DNA of 64,000 nt from Leptolyngbyaceae cyanobacterium (GTDB lineage: Bacteria; Cyanobacteriota; Cyanobacteriia; Phormidesmidales; Phormidesmidaceae): positions 3,488,001-3,552,000 of the forward strand of contig CBDHHL010000032.1 of NCBI GenBank assembly GCA_965263355.1, read 5' to 3'. The notes under the pieces were generated by a model. That model had not been told where the DNA came from. It searched no databases and was given only the letters and a program-made list of their open reading frames with translations. The translations under genes and the position numbers were made by a program. The number at the start of each line of letters is the position of its first letter. Positions within the stretch are counted from its first letter, which is position 1. Below, one piece after another: positions 19,895-28,827 of the stretch.

Positions 19895-19991
19895 ATATAT
19901 GCTGCCTAAATTTGCTTATGGGTATCAGCAGAAGAACATGCCGCTTTGAGTTGGCATCCGACCTATTTAGAAAATCAGGTAAATAAAACAT

Positions 19992-20005
19992 GTAGCCAAT
20001 GTTAC
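19992..20005. promoter_or_regulatory. NtcA box upstream of gpgS
   Basis: GTAGCCAATGTTAC, exact GTA-N8-TAC; TATGAT candidate -10 at about 20052. Confidence 0.6.
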
Positions 20006-20089
20006 GAAATACGCTGTAACGTTGGGGACACATTTTTTTAAATATTTTTCGTATGATTATGTCTGAATATCAGTGGTGTAAGGGACTTT

Positions 20090-21385
20090 ATGGACTATAA
20101 ACAGGAACGAATCACGACGATTCATGACTTTGGTTGTGATTTGTCACGATTAGAAGAGCGATCTTTGGAACTAATCCGTGAAACGCCAACCGCTGTTTTA
20201 ATTCCATCCCTCTATGAAGAACTAGAACGACCTGCCCTCACGCGTATTCGTGACCACCTTAAAGCTTGCGCCTTTGTCAATACCATTGTAGTCAGCCTCT
20301 ATGCGGATACGGCAGAACAGTATGCTAGCGCGGTCGAATTTTTTGCTCCTTTACCCCAAAAGACCCATATCATTTGGGAAAATGGCCCACGAGTGATTGC
20401 CTTGCTCAAAGAACTCCAAAGCATGGGGCTTGATTTGTTAGTTCATCGCGGTAAAGGACGAGCGGTATGGCTGGGGTTAGGTCTGGCTACATTGCATGCA
20501 GGTGCGATCGCACTCCACGATGCTGACATCACTACCTATGATCGCTCCTATCCCTTAAAGCTGCTCTTTCCCATACTAGAGCCTGAGTTTGGCATTGCCT
20601 TTACCAAAGCCTACTATGCTCGCATTAGCAACGAACCTCATAAAATCAATGGTCGTGTCACTCGGTTATTTGTAGCCCCACTCTTGCACTCCTTGATGGA
20701 TGTGTGGGGCCATCGGGACTACATATCGTATCTATCAGCCTATCGATATCCACTTTCTGGTGAGTTTGCCCTTACCAGTGATCTAGCCCTAACCACTCGT
20801 ATTCCTGCCAACTGGGGATTAGAGGTGGGACTGCTGGCTGAGGTGTATCGTAATATTGCCCTCAAACGTATTGCCCAAGTAGATTTAGGCACATTTGACC
20901 ATAAACATCAAGATATCGGGCAATCTCCAAGCCAGGGACTACAAAAAATGTGTCGAGATATTTTGCAATCCCTGCTACGCACCCTAACCGAAACTGAGCA
21001 GGTGGTGATTGGGAAAGATCAGTTAAGGTCGCTGCGCATTAAGTTTCGCCGTGAAGCCCAAGATCTGGCACGACAGTATTTTGTTGACGCTAAATTCAAT
21101 GGCCTACAATATGATCGCCATCAGGAAGAAAACATCCTTGAACGGTTTGAAGAGGTAATTGTTAAAGCTGGAGAACAGTATCTAGAAGATCCCACAGGCA
21201 CTGAAATTCCAGATTGGACCCGTGCTCTGGCAGTGATACCTGATTTACGTCAGCGTTTGGGTCAGGCCGTTATCACAGATATGCAGGAGGCGCTAGAGCA
21301 TCGGGTAATCAATCCCTTTAATGAACTTGGCACAACCAACAGTCAAGTCATCAACCCTAGTAGCGAAGATTTAGTTTTGACCTAA
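20090..21385 (+). CDS. gpgS: glucosyl-3-phosphoglycerate synthase
   Basis: MDYKQERITTIHD, GKGRAVWLG, LHDADI, YPLSGEF, WGLEVG, DHKHQ. Confidence 0.85.
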   Translation: MDYKQERITTIHDFGCDLSRLEERSLELIRETPTAVLIPSLYEELERPALTRIRDHLKACAFVNTIVVSLYADTAEQYASAVEFFAPLPQKTHIIWENGPRVIALLKELQSMGLDLLVHRGKGRAVWLGLGLATLHAGAIALHDADITTYDRSYPLKLLFPILEPEFGIAFTKAYYARISNEPHKINGRVTRLFVAPLLHSLMDVWGHRDYISYLSAYRYPLSGEFALTSDLALTTRIPANWGLEVGLLAEVYRNIALKRIAQVDLGTFDHKHQDIGQSPSQGLQKMCRDILQSLLRTLTETEQVVIGKDQLRSLRIKFRREAQDLARQYFVDAKFNGLQYDRHQEENILERFEEVIVKAGEQYLEDPTGTEIPDWTRALAVIPDLRQRLGQAVITDMQEALEHRVINPFNELGTTNSQVINPSSEDLVLT

Positions 21386-21428
21386 ACATTTTGTCGAGGC
21401 ATTGCATGCAATGCCTCGACAAAATGTT
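21385..21428. repeat. perfect 44-bp palindrome of the 28-bp family; probable bidirectional terminator
   Basis: AACATTTT-GTCGAGGCATTGCATGCAATGCCTCGAC-AAAATGTT between convergent genes. Confidence 0.85.
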
Positions 21429-21433
21429 GTCCT

Positions 21434-22183
21434 TTAGAGTGCAACTCGACTACTAGAACTTCGGAAGGTAACATTCACCCCTTCGCTCGTTTGCTCTAGC
21501 ACAAGCAAGGGAGTTGGTTTGGCTTTTTGATCCCAATGCATGGTGGCCAAGCGACCTAGCAAAGTAGGTTGCCAAAACTTATCATCCCGCTCGGGGCTGA
21601 GAAAGTTCTCAATGCAATCAATAATCTCTTGGACTGTAATAGAAGTCGCCTGGGTAGGCAGTTTTACCAGCTTAATTTGAATGCGGAACAAGACTCGTTT
21701 TTTCTGTTGTCCATCCTGGACGGTTTGATAGTCCACATCAAAGATTTGATCCACAACCCGTGGTTTAGATGCAATGCCAACTACACCTTGCTGCGCCTGC
21801 TGCGGTCGAAGTGCAAGGGTAATTCGCTGTTTTACCTTAACTTTCAGCTGGTTTAGAACAGAGAAATGGAACTGTTTTTCTTCCATTCTCATTCTGAGAT
21901 AATCCAGATTGAAATCTCGAGAGTGAACCAGGTCTGGATTTTTCTCCATCTTACTGATGGTAGAAAGCGCCAGCTTAACGCGCTTTTGTAGCTCCTTATT
22001 CTTATAGGCCTCAAATTTTAGCTTTTTGCGGACTCGTGCAAACTGTAGCTGAGAAACCACGCCCAAAATCAGTAATAATGCTGCTAAACCAATTGAAGTA
22101 TACAGCCATGGATTCTTGGGCTGAGCAACAGCTACAGGTGTCTGAGCCACTGAGGGCTTAAGCCCAATAACAGAATAAGACAT
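21434..22183 (-). CDS. hypothetical protein with single TM helix and coiled coil
   Basis: 249-aa ORF filling the gap, N-terminal hydrophobic helix. Confidence 0.7.
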   Translation of the reverse strand: MSYSVIGLKPSVAQTPVAVAQPKNPWLYTSIGLAALLLILGVVSQLQFARVRKKLKFEAYKNKELQKRVKLALSTISKMEKNPDLVHSRDFNLDYLRMRMEEKQFHFSVLNQLKVKVKQRITLALRPQQAQQGVVGIASKPRVVDQIFDVDYQTVQDGQQKKRVLFRIQIKLVKLPTQATSITVQEIIDCIENFLSPERDDKFWQPTLLGRLATMHWDQKAKPTPLLVLEQTSEGVNVTFRSSSSRVAL

Positions 22184-22303
22184 AGCTAAGGAATAATGCT
22201 ATCCGGTTACATTTAGCATGCCCTATGCCCTGGTTTCCGGACTAAGAGGATATATCTAAACACATGTGAAACCTGTGTAAAATCTCGATAGCCATGGGTA
22301 CAA

Positions 22304-23965
22304 TTAATGACGCCATCTTGCGCGATATCCCCGAGCATCCAAATGGCTTAAGCTCGGAAATCTACGATAACGCCCTAGACCACCAGGCCACCAAGGATCG
22401 AGTGCCCAGTAAATCTGGTCTCCAGAGAGCCCATCGACATAAAAGTCGATGGCATCTCCCACAATGTGACGACTGTTGGAGGCTCCACCCACCTGACGGT
22501 TGATATCCGGTGGACGATACCAGCTAGTAATCCGGAAAGGACGACCAATGCGATCGCGAGCTTGCTGGGCTAGCTTAGCAATGCGCACCATCCCGTCGAC
22601 AGTGGCCTGATTAGGCGGCATCCGCGTACCACCACGGGTCGCCTCGGACCAAGTAAAGTTGCCATTGGGAATAATGGAGGCCCCCAGCTGAATATTGTAG
22701 GGAGTCCAGCGAGTCGGTCGGGGTGGCAACGGTGGCGGTTTTGGTGCTGGCGGTGCTTCCACCGAATCACGGTTCGCACGGGTCATCCGACGCACATCCT
22801 CAAACAACGACTGAATCGCATCCATGCGTCGGTCGAGTTTACGCCAGATCTGCACCAGGCGAATCAATGATTCTCGCTGTTCCTCTGTTTCCTTATAAAC
22901 ATTAGGCACACTTTCAATAAACGCCAGCAGTGACTGATCCACCTTTTGAGCCGCTTCAGCCAGGGCAGCAGGATTATCCTTATTGGCCGTCAGAAACTGG
23001 GGTGTGGCCCCTAGTTGACTTAAGGCCGTTGGCCGTGAATCCAATCCCTTCCACATGCGGTAGGTCTCGGTAAGCGCAAATCGATGATAGCCATCCCCTT
23101 TATAGTTATCAGGGACCCTCTGAACAAATGCAATCAGGGCTGGATCGACAATTTGCAAATTGGTTTCTGCAGCCCGTGGGTCGCTGCTATGTAACCATTC
23201 GATGGCTTCCTCACGAGAATCGAGCTGCTTCCATAGCTGGGTCAACCGCAACAGCGCTTCCCGCTGATGGGGATAGCCCGAATAAAACCGAGACACCTGC
23301 CGAATAAAGTCTGTCAACCCCTGATCCAGGGCAACTTCATCCACCACATCATTGGTAATTGCCACATTCATGGCCTGAATGGTGCTGCGATGGGAGTCAA
23401 GCTTGCGCCAGATACGAGCCGCTTCTAACAGAGACTCTCGCTGGAAATCTAAATGGCCATAATTGGGTGCAATCCGCTCTGAAAATGCCAGCAACTCATC
23501 ATCTAACTCCACCAGATTGTGGGGTAGTTGCTGTGCCCCATAGTCATAGCCAATATCTTCCAGATAGGCCGCTAAAAGCTTTTCAGCATTACTACTTTCC
23601 AGACGCGCCGCATTGTTCTCAGATGCCGATGGCATATATCCTTCAGCAATACGTTCGATAAAGCGATCGCTATAGCGCCCCTTAGCAGCATCCCATAAAT
23701 CACTGCCACGCCAGCCGCTTGCCGTCAGCGAACTGGTCAGACTACGCAATGTATTGGCCGCATACTGAACCTGCTCAGGAAATGTGTTGACCTGATCAAC
23801 AGGCACTTGATGGGCAGCGGATATGCCAAGACCGGTCTCACCATCCATCAACCGTGGAGAGTGATGCACCGCATAAAGCCCCGCCAAAATAGGTTTATGG
23901 ATGCCGGCTCTTTCAGCCTCTAGAAGATAGTAGTAGTTGCGCTGATCGGGTACGAGTTCTGCCAT
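22304..23965 (-). CDS. peptidase M15A (D-Ala-D-Ala carboxypeptidase-like) domain protein with internal helical repeats
   Basis: C-terminal NFTWSE, ITSWYR, SRHIVGDAID, HLD. Confidence 0.85.
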   Translation of the reverse strand: MAELVPDQRNYYYLLEAERAGIHKPILAGLYAVHHSPRLMDGETGLGISAAHQVPVDQVNTFPEQVQYAANTLRSLTSSLTASGWRGSDLWDAAKGRYSDRFIERIAEGYMPSASENNAARLESSNAEKLLAAYLEDIGYDYGAQQLPHNLVELDDELLAFSERIAPNYGHLDFQRESLLEAARIWRKLDSHRSTIQAMNVAITNDVVDEVALDQGLTDFIRQVSRFYSGYPHQREALLRLTQLWKQLDSREEAIEWLHSSDPRAAETNLQIVDPALIAFVQRVPDNYKGDGYHRFALTETYRMWKGLDSRPTALSQLGATPQFLTANKDNPAALAEAAQKVDQSLLAFIESVPNVYKETEEQRESLIRLVQIWRKLDRRMDAIQSLFEDVRRMTRANRDSVEAPPAPKPPPLPPRPTRWTPYNIQLGASIIPNGNFTWSEATRGGTRMPPNQATVDGMVRIAKLAQQARDRIGRPFRITSWYRPPDINRQVGGASNSRHIVGDAIDFYVDGLSGDQIYWALDPWWPGGLGRYRRFPSLSHLDARGYRARWRH

Positions 23966-24253
23966 AGTTCACTGGGCTAAAACGTTTTACCTTGACAAGG
24001 GCAAGTGCCTGATTATAGGACGTCTTTGCCCATTACATCTGTTATCTGCATGCATTACTGCTAAGCTGTGGCTTCTAACGTATATCAGTTTCTTGATCAC
24101 AAGGGAATTCCTTAATCAAAATCTAGTGCTTATCTGACAAGATAAACTTTGTTCACGTACAAATCCGTAGTTTTACCGTTGAGGAACCTCCAGGTTGCAA
24201 CTTGGAAATGTTTAATCATTGGCAAACTAGCGCCACGGGCCACGAGCAAGGGG

Positions 24254-25042
24254 ATGACGAGCATGACAGGCAATCGATTACAGGCGTTAACCACACCACT
24301 CGCTCGTCAGGTATTGGCTCAGATTCGTCTAGTAGCAACGGATATGGACGGTACTATCACCCAAAAGGAGGAGTTTAAAGACTCGCTACTGGTGATGTTA
24401 GACCAGTTGAGAGTGGCGGGAATGCCGGTGCTGATTACCACTGGCCGTTCAGCGGGTTGGGTGCATGGATTGCTGCATTATTTGCCTGTCGTACTTGCGA
24501 TCGCAGAAAATGGTGGTCTCTACTTTACTAAAGAGAACCGCTATCCTACCTTCCTGCAGCCAATTCCAAGTAATCACAGACAATTGTTGGCAGATCAATT
24601 TAACAGGCTACGCCAAAAATATCCCCACTTAACCGAGTCCAATGATAATGCCTTTCGCCTAACCGACTGGACCTTTGAAGTTACTGGGTTAAGTCTGACA
24701 GACCTGGCATGGATGACCCAAAATTGTCACGATAACGGCTGGGGCTTTACCTACAGCACCGTTCAATGCCACATCAAACCCTTCCCCCAAGACAAAGCCA
24801 GTGGCCTAACCCAAGTGATCGCCCAGCAGTTTCCAGATTTAGCACACCATCAGGTGTTAACCATCGGCGACAGCCCCAACGATGAAAGCATGTTTAACCC
24901 TGACCAGTTTCCCCATTCGGTCGGTGTTGCTAATGTGCGTCATTATTTAGACAGTCTGGCCCATCATCCGGCCTTTATCACCCAGGCCGAAGAAGGCAAA
25001 GGATTTGGCGAATTGATGGAGGCATTGTTGCAATCTCGTTAA
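24254..25042 (+). CDS. HAD-IIB family hydrolase
   Basis: DMDGT, TTGRS, AENGG, GDSPND. Confidence 0.85.
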   Translation: MTSMTGNRLQALTTPLARQVLAQIRLVATDMDGTITQKEEFKDSLLVMLDQLRVAGMPVLITTGRSAGWVHGLLHYLPVVLAIAENGGLYFTKENRYPTFLQPIPSNHRQLLADQFNRLRQKYPHLTESNDNAFRLTDWTFEVTGLSLTDLAWMTQNCHDNGWGFTYSTVQCHIKPFPQDKASGLTQVIAQQFPDLAHHQVLTIGDSPNDESMFNPDQFPHSVGVANVRHYLDSLAHHPAFITQAEEGKGFGELMEALLQSR

Positions 25043-25052
25043 TCCATCTTCA

Positions 25053-25090
25053 TCTCTGTAGGGTAATTATATGCAATGCCCTTACAGAGA
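25053..25090. repeat. degenerate copy of the 28-bp GTAG palindrome
   Basis: TCTCT-GTAGGGTAATTATATGCAATGCCCTTAC-AGAGA. Confidence 0.6.
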
Positions 25091-25164
25091 GAATTCTATA
25101 GGGGTCAATATTTTTCTTTCCCATCTGGCCTCGCCATTAGACAATAATATCCAGCTTTATTCTG

Positions 25165-26031
25165 ATGGCTATGGCAAACAATCTGCGATCGCGGCGTTGG
25201 ACTATTTCTCAAGTACTGATGTGGGTGGGCATTGTCATTACCTTACTGTTTGTACTGGTTGCCCTATTTACACCGTTAATGCAGCAATGGGGATGGATTC
25301 AAGATCCCCTAGTCACTCTGGAAAACCCCATCCATGTGCCCCCGTCTAGTGAGTATTGGTTTGGCACTAGCCGTCAGGGCTACGACGTCTTTGCCCGCAC
25401 CCTGTTTGGAGCCAGAGCCGCATGGCAGGTAGTGCTTTTAGCCACTGCTATGAGTGTAGTGGTGGGGGTCCCCCTCGGCATGGTCAGTGGTTACCTGGGT
25501 GGCAAGTTAGATCGCGGTTTGCTGTTTTTTATGGATACGATCTACACCCTGCCAGTATTGTTGTTGGCGGTCACGCTAGCATTTATTTTAGGCAAAGGGG
25601 TGGTAAATGCCGCTGCAGCGTTGAGTATTGCCTATGTACCTCAGTATTACCGAGTGGTGCGAAACCATACGGTTAGCCTTAAAACAGAGCTATTTGTAGA
25701 AGCGGCCCAAGCGATGGGAGCCTCTACCTGGGCAGTGCTCTCCCGTTATTTATTCTTAAACGTAGTACAGAGTGTACCGGTACTTTTTACGCTTAACACG
25801 GCGGATGCGGTCCTAATTTTGGGGGGACTGGGTTTCCTGGGCTTAGGACTACCGGATGAGGTACCTGAGTGGGGTAGTTCTTTGCGCCAGGCATTGGATG
25901 CACTGCCTACCGGTATTTGGTGGACAGCGTTGTTTCCTGGATTGGCGATTACCGGTATGGTCACCGGATTATCTCTAATCGGCGAAGGCCTAAATGATTT
26001 AGTAAACCCACTAGTACGCAAAGAAAATTGA
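25165..26031 (+). CDS. peptide ABC transporter permease (DppC/OppC family)
   Basis: WFGTSRQGYDVFAR, EAA loop FVEAAQAMGAS, LGFLGLG...PEWG. Confidence 0.9.
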   Translation: MAMANNLRSRRWTISQVLMWVGIVITLLFVLVALFTPLMQQWGWIQDPLVTLENPIHVPPSSEYWFGTSRQGYDVFARTLFGARAAWQVVLLATAMSVVVGVPLGMVSGYLGGKLDRGLLFFMDTIYTLPVLLLAVTLAFILGKGVVNAAAALSIAYVPQYYRVVRNHTVSLKTELFVEAAQAMGASTWAVLSRYLFLNVVQSVPVLFTLNTADAVLILGGLGFLGLGLPDEVPEWGSSLRQALDALPTGIWWTALFPGLAITGMVTGLSLIGEGLNDLVNPLVRKEN

Positions 26032-26041
26032 GACAAATCCG

Positions 26042-26069
26042 GTAGAAGGATTGTATGCAATGCTTCTAC
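26042..26069. repeat. copy of the 28-bp GTAG palindrome
   Basis: GTAGAAGGATTGTATGCAATGCTTCTAC. Confidence 0.65.
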
Positions 26070-26318
26070 GGTGTGATCTGCATCACCCCAAAAACTCAGT
26101 CTCGTTTAACGAGCTTTCATACCCCACTCAGTTGGGGGTCAGACATCTGTTAGGCAACCCGTTGATAGTTAAGGCAATCGTTCATTCGCTCTGATTGGAA
26201 GCTATCACTATGAAAAAAGTACTCACCACACTTTTTATGACAGGATTAACGGCTAGTACACTCGGTTCAGTTTTGGCAACATACACACAAGTCATCGAAA
26301 ATAGCGTTTACGGTTACC

Positions 26319-26395
26319 TAACCCCCTCTAACTCCCCCTTCGTAAGGGGGAAAACTGGAATTTCCCTCCTTGCGAAGGAGGGATTGAGAGAGGTA
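26319..26395. repeat. cyanobacterial double-hairpin repeat (CCCCCTT..AAGGGGG type)
   Basis: TCCCCCTTCGTAAGGGGGA followed by TCCCTCCTTGCGAAGGAGGGA. Confidence 0.6.
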
Positions 26396-26465
26396 ATGCA
26401 GGATTTTGGGCCTCTTACGAGATGTCTGTACACCGTAGCGTCTTAGGGCATTACGCTCAATCTTC

Positions 26466-27743
26466 CTAAGAGGATTCCAGACGTTTGCGCCATTCTGCGT
26501 CGATTTTGTCGCGGTTAGCAATTTCCTGGTCAATTAAATCAGTTTCAGTCGTGTAAGCCAGGTTATCTTTGCCCACAATTGTCTCGATAGCAAACTGTTT
26601 TGCGTAGTCTAGCTTACGCTGAACCGTCTTACCGACTAGACTTTGACGCTGAAGGTTACGGGCATCAATGTTTTTGTTTTGTTGCTGCATTCTAAAGTAG
26701 CGCAACATCGGAATGCCCAGAAAGGCAATGCCATAGGCAAGAAATAGATCACACAGGGAATAAACCAAACCGATAAAGCCACCAGCTGTCCAACCAGCGG
26801 CAACATAGGCAAGATAAATGGACCCGACCACCAGCAACGTCCCCAAGCCAATGGCGATCGCAATTTGATTTGAACTCGCACTGGAAAAGCGACGTCTGGT
26901 TTCTTTGAGAAATGCTGGCACCGACTGGGGTTTATAGTTGTTGGCGGTGACTTGTAGCTCTGGGAAGAAATAGACTAAATCACCCTGGGGACTGACTTTA
27001 GGACGACCGTTAAAGCGGCTAAGGGCAGGGATCACATAGTCTTCCAGGTCATCATCCAGGTTGGCATTATCGAGGTAAGGAGCTAACTCTTCGGCGGAAA
27101 CAGCCCCCCGTTTGTTACGAATGACAGTTGCGATCGATCCCCAGCGCCGTTCATCTAAATCCTTATTGGGGTCACCATCACCAAACAAAAACGAAAACAC
27201 CGCTTCTAGAAAATTCAGATCGTGACGGTTGCGATCGCGACCGCCCCCCACCTCACCATAGCGATCATACCGACGGCGTGGCCCATAGCTAAACCAGTAA
27301 AACCAATCATTACCAATCCATAGCCAAGGATTAAACCCTATGCCGCCGCTGTAGCCACCACGATTATCCTCATCCCGCTGGGACTGCATACTAATCTGGA
27401 TAGCAATAATCGCCGCAAACACCAGCACCACCGCCAGGATAAGCATGATGCCAAAGGAAATTCGAATCAGGTAAAACAAAACCGCCCAAATCTTGGCCCA
27501 GGTTTCCTGCCAACGCAGCTGCCAGTATTGATTACGTAAAATCGCCCGAAACTGACGAGGAAACTCATAGGCAATATCCCCCGTCTCAGACACCTGCATA
27601 TGGGCTTGAGTCTGAGATGCCAGGGCCAACACCCCAGCTTCTGCCTGACTAATATTCAATCCAGTTTTAGCGGCTACATCACCGGCAGTCACCCTATATT
27701 CGAGGGTTTCAACCGCTGTCATGATGTCCTGATTTAGCTCCAT
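26466..27743 (-). CDS. conserved membrane protein of cyanobacteria/plastids, unknown function
   Basis: YRVTAGDVAA N-terminus, FLEAVFSFLFGDGDPN, RFNGRP..YFFPELQ; TM segments. Confidence 0.75.
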   Translation of the reverse strand: MELNQDIMTAVETLEYRVTAGDVAAKTGLNISQAEAGVLALASQTQAHMQVSETGDIAYEFPRQFRAILRNQYWQLRWQETWAKIWAVLFYLIRISFGIMLILAVVLVFAAIIAIQISMQSQRDEDNRGGYSGGIGFNPWLWIGNDWFYWFSYGPRRRYDRYGEVGGGRDRNRHDLNFLEAVFSFLFGDGDPNKDLDERRWGSIATVIRNKRGAVSAEELAPYLDNANLDDDLEDYVIPALSRFNGRPKVSPQGDLVYFFPELQVTANNYKPQSVPAFLKETRRRFSSASSNQIAIAIGLGTLLVVGSIYLAYVAAGWTAGGFIGLVYSLCDLFLAYGIAFLGIPMLRYFRMQQQNKNIDARNLQRQSLVGKTVQRKLDYAKQFAIETIVGKDNLAYTTETDLIDQEIANRDKIDAEWRKRLESS

Positions 27744-27847
27744 AGGTTCCTTTGAAGGGGCTTGCTCATAGCGATTCTCCTAGTATAAGAAGCCCAATCC
27801 AGCATTTGCCATGACGGTACAAGTGTGGGTTTCCGAGAAGCCAATAA

Positions 27848-27879
27848 AAAAGCTGGACGTCCTAGCTTGTCCAGCTTTT
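27848..27879 (-). terminator. intrinsic terminator after curT
   Basis: AAAAGCTGGAC...GTCCAGCTTTT hairpin with T-run on the minus strand. Confidence 0.6.
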
Positions 27880-27980
27880 CAATTTAGTTTCAGACTGACT
27901 GAAAACACTAAATTTATTTAAGTCAAGCAAAACACCTAATGCCTGAGTTGCTGACCAATACATACAGGTAACTCAAGCAA

Positions 27981-28391
27981 TTAATTATTACCTGTAATTT
28001 GATCCTTGATGTCGCCCAGAGTACTCAGCAACTCACTCCGATTACTCGCTTTAAATAGGTAACGATAGATAAACCAGCCCGTGTAAATCAGACCAATCAA
28101 CTCCATGGTTGGAGCGAGGACCGGAATCTCATTAATCGCCGCCAAGATAGCAAACATTATCTTAATGCCAATGAGACCACCAAATACAAGACCAATTACA
28201 GTAATAGGGCGTTTGTACTCATCAAAGGTCTGAACCACGTATTCTGGGGCATCCCCTAGGACACTGGCGACTTTAGACAGCACTTCCTTAGCTGGGTCAT
28301 TGCTTTCAGCAACAGCAGTATCAGTGCTTTCAGCAGCAGTAGTGCTTTCAGGCGTCACGTTTTCTTCTGGGGAATTAATATCAGTACTCAT
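27981..28391 (-). CDS. curT: CAAD-domain thylakoid curvature protein (CurT/CURT1)
   Basis: AINEIPVLAPTMELIGLIYTGWFIYRYL...R.EL; acidic N-terminus. Confidence 0.85.
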   Translation of the reverse strand: MSTDINSPEENVTPESTTAAESTDTAVAESNDPAKEVLSKVASVLGDAPEYVVQTFDEYKRPITVIGLVFGGLIGIKIMFAILAAINEIPVLAPTMELIGLIYTGWFIYRYLFKASNRSELLSTLGDIKDQITGNN

Positions 28392-28668
28392 GTTTATATT
28401 GAGAATTAACAACCTAGGAGCGGATTGCCTACGCTCACCTACCATGTCAGGGGATGGCTGGTGACTTAGTTATCAACTTCTGAAATTAAGTCACCATTGG
28501 CACAAATGCAAGCGACCAACCGTGCACTCTTGGTCATGCAGACATGCATGATCGAACCAAGGGCTATTGCATGAAGCCAGCACACCTTAAATAGTTTATT
28601 CTGACTTGGTAGAAGAATAATATCGTTCACTGATACATAGTCAATTTCAATCATTAACCCAGTTAAGT

Positions 28669-28741
28669 TAAATCACATCTAAGTAGAAACTTGAAGTTTC
28701 CTCGACGGCAAAACTACAGTTCTGGACGTGAACAAGGGTTA
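28669..28741 (-). repeat. 73-bp MITE-like repeat, copy C
   Basis: Reverse complement TAACCCTTGTTCACGTCCAGAA...TTAGATGTGATTTA. Confidence 0.7.
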
Positions 28742-28827
28742 AGATAAAACGTTTCAATTTGAGTCTGCCTTGCCATAGATATTGAAGTCATGACTACAAT
28801 TAGAGCTACTGCATTCTCCAAGCGCTT

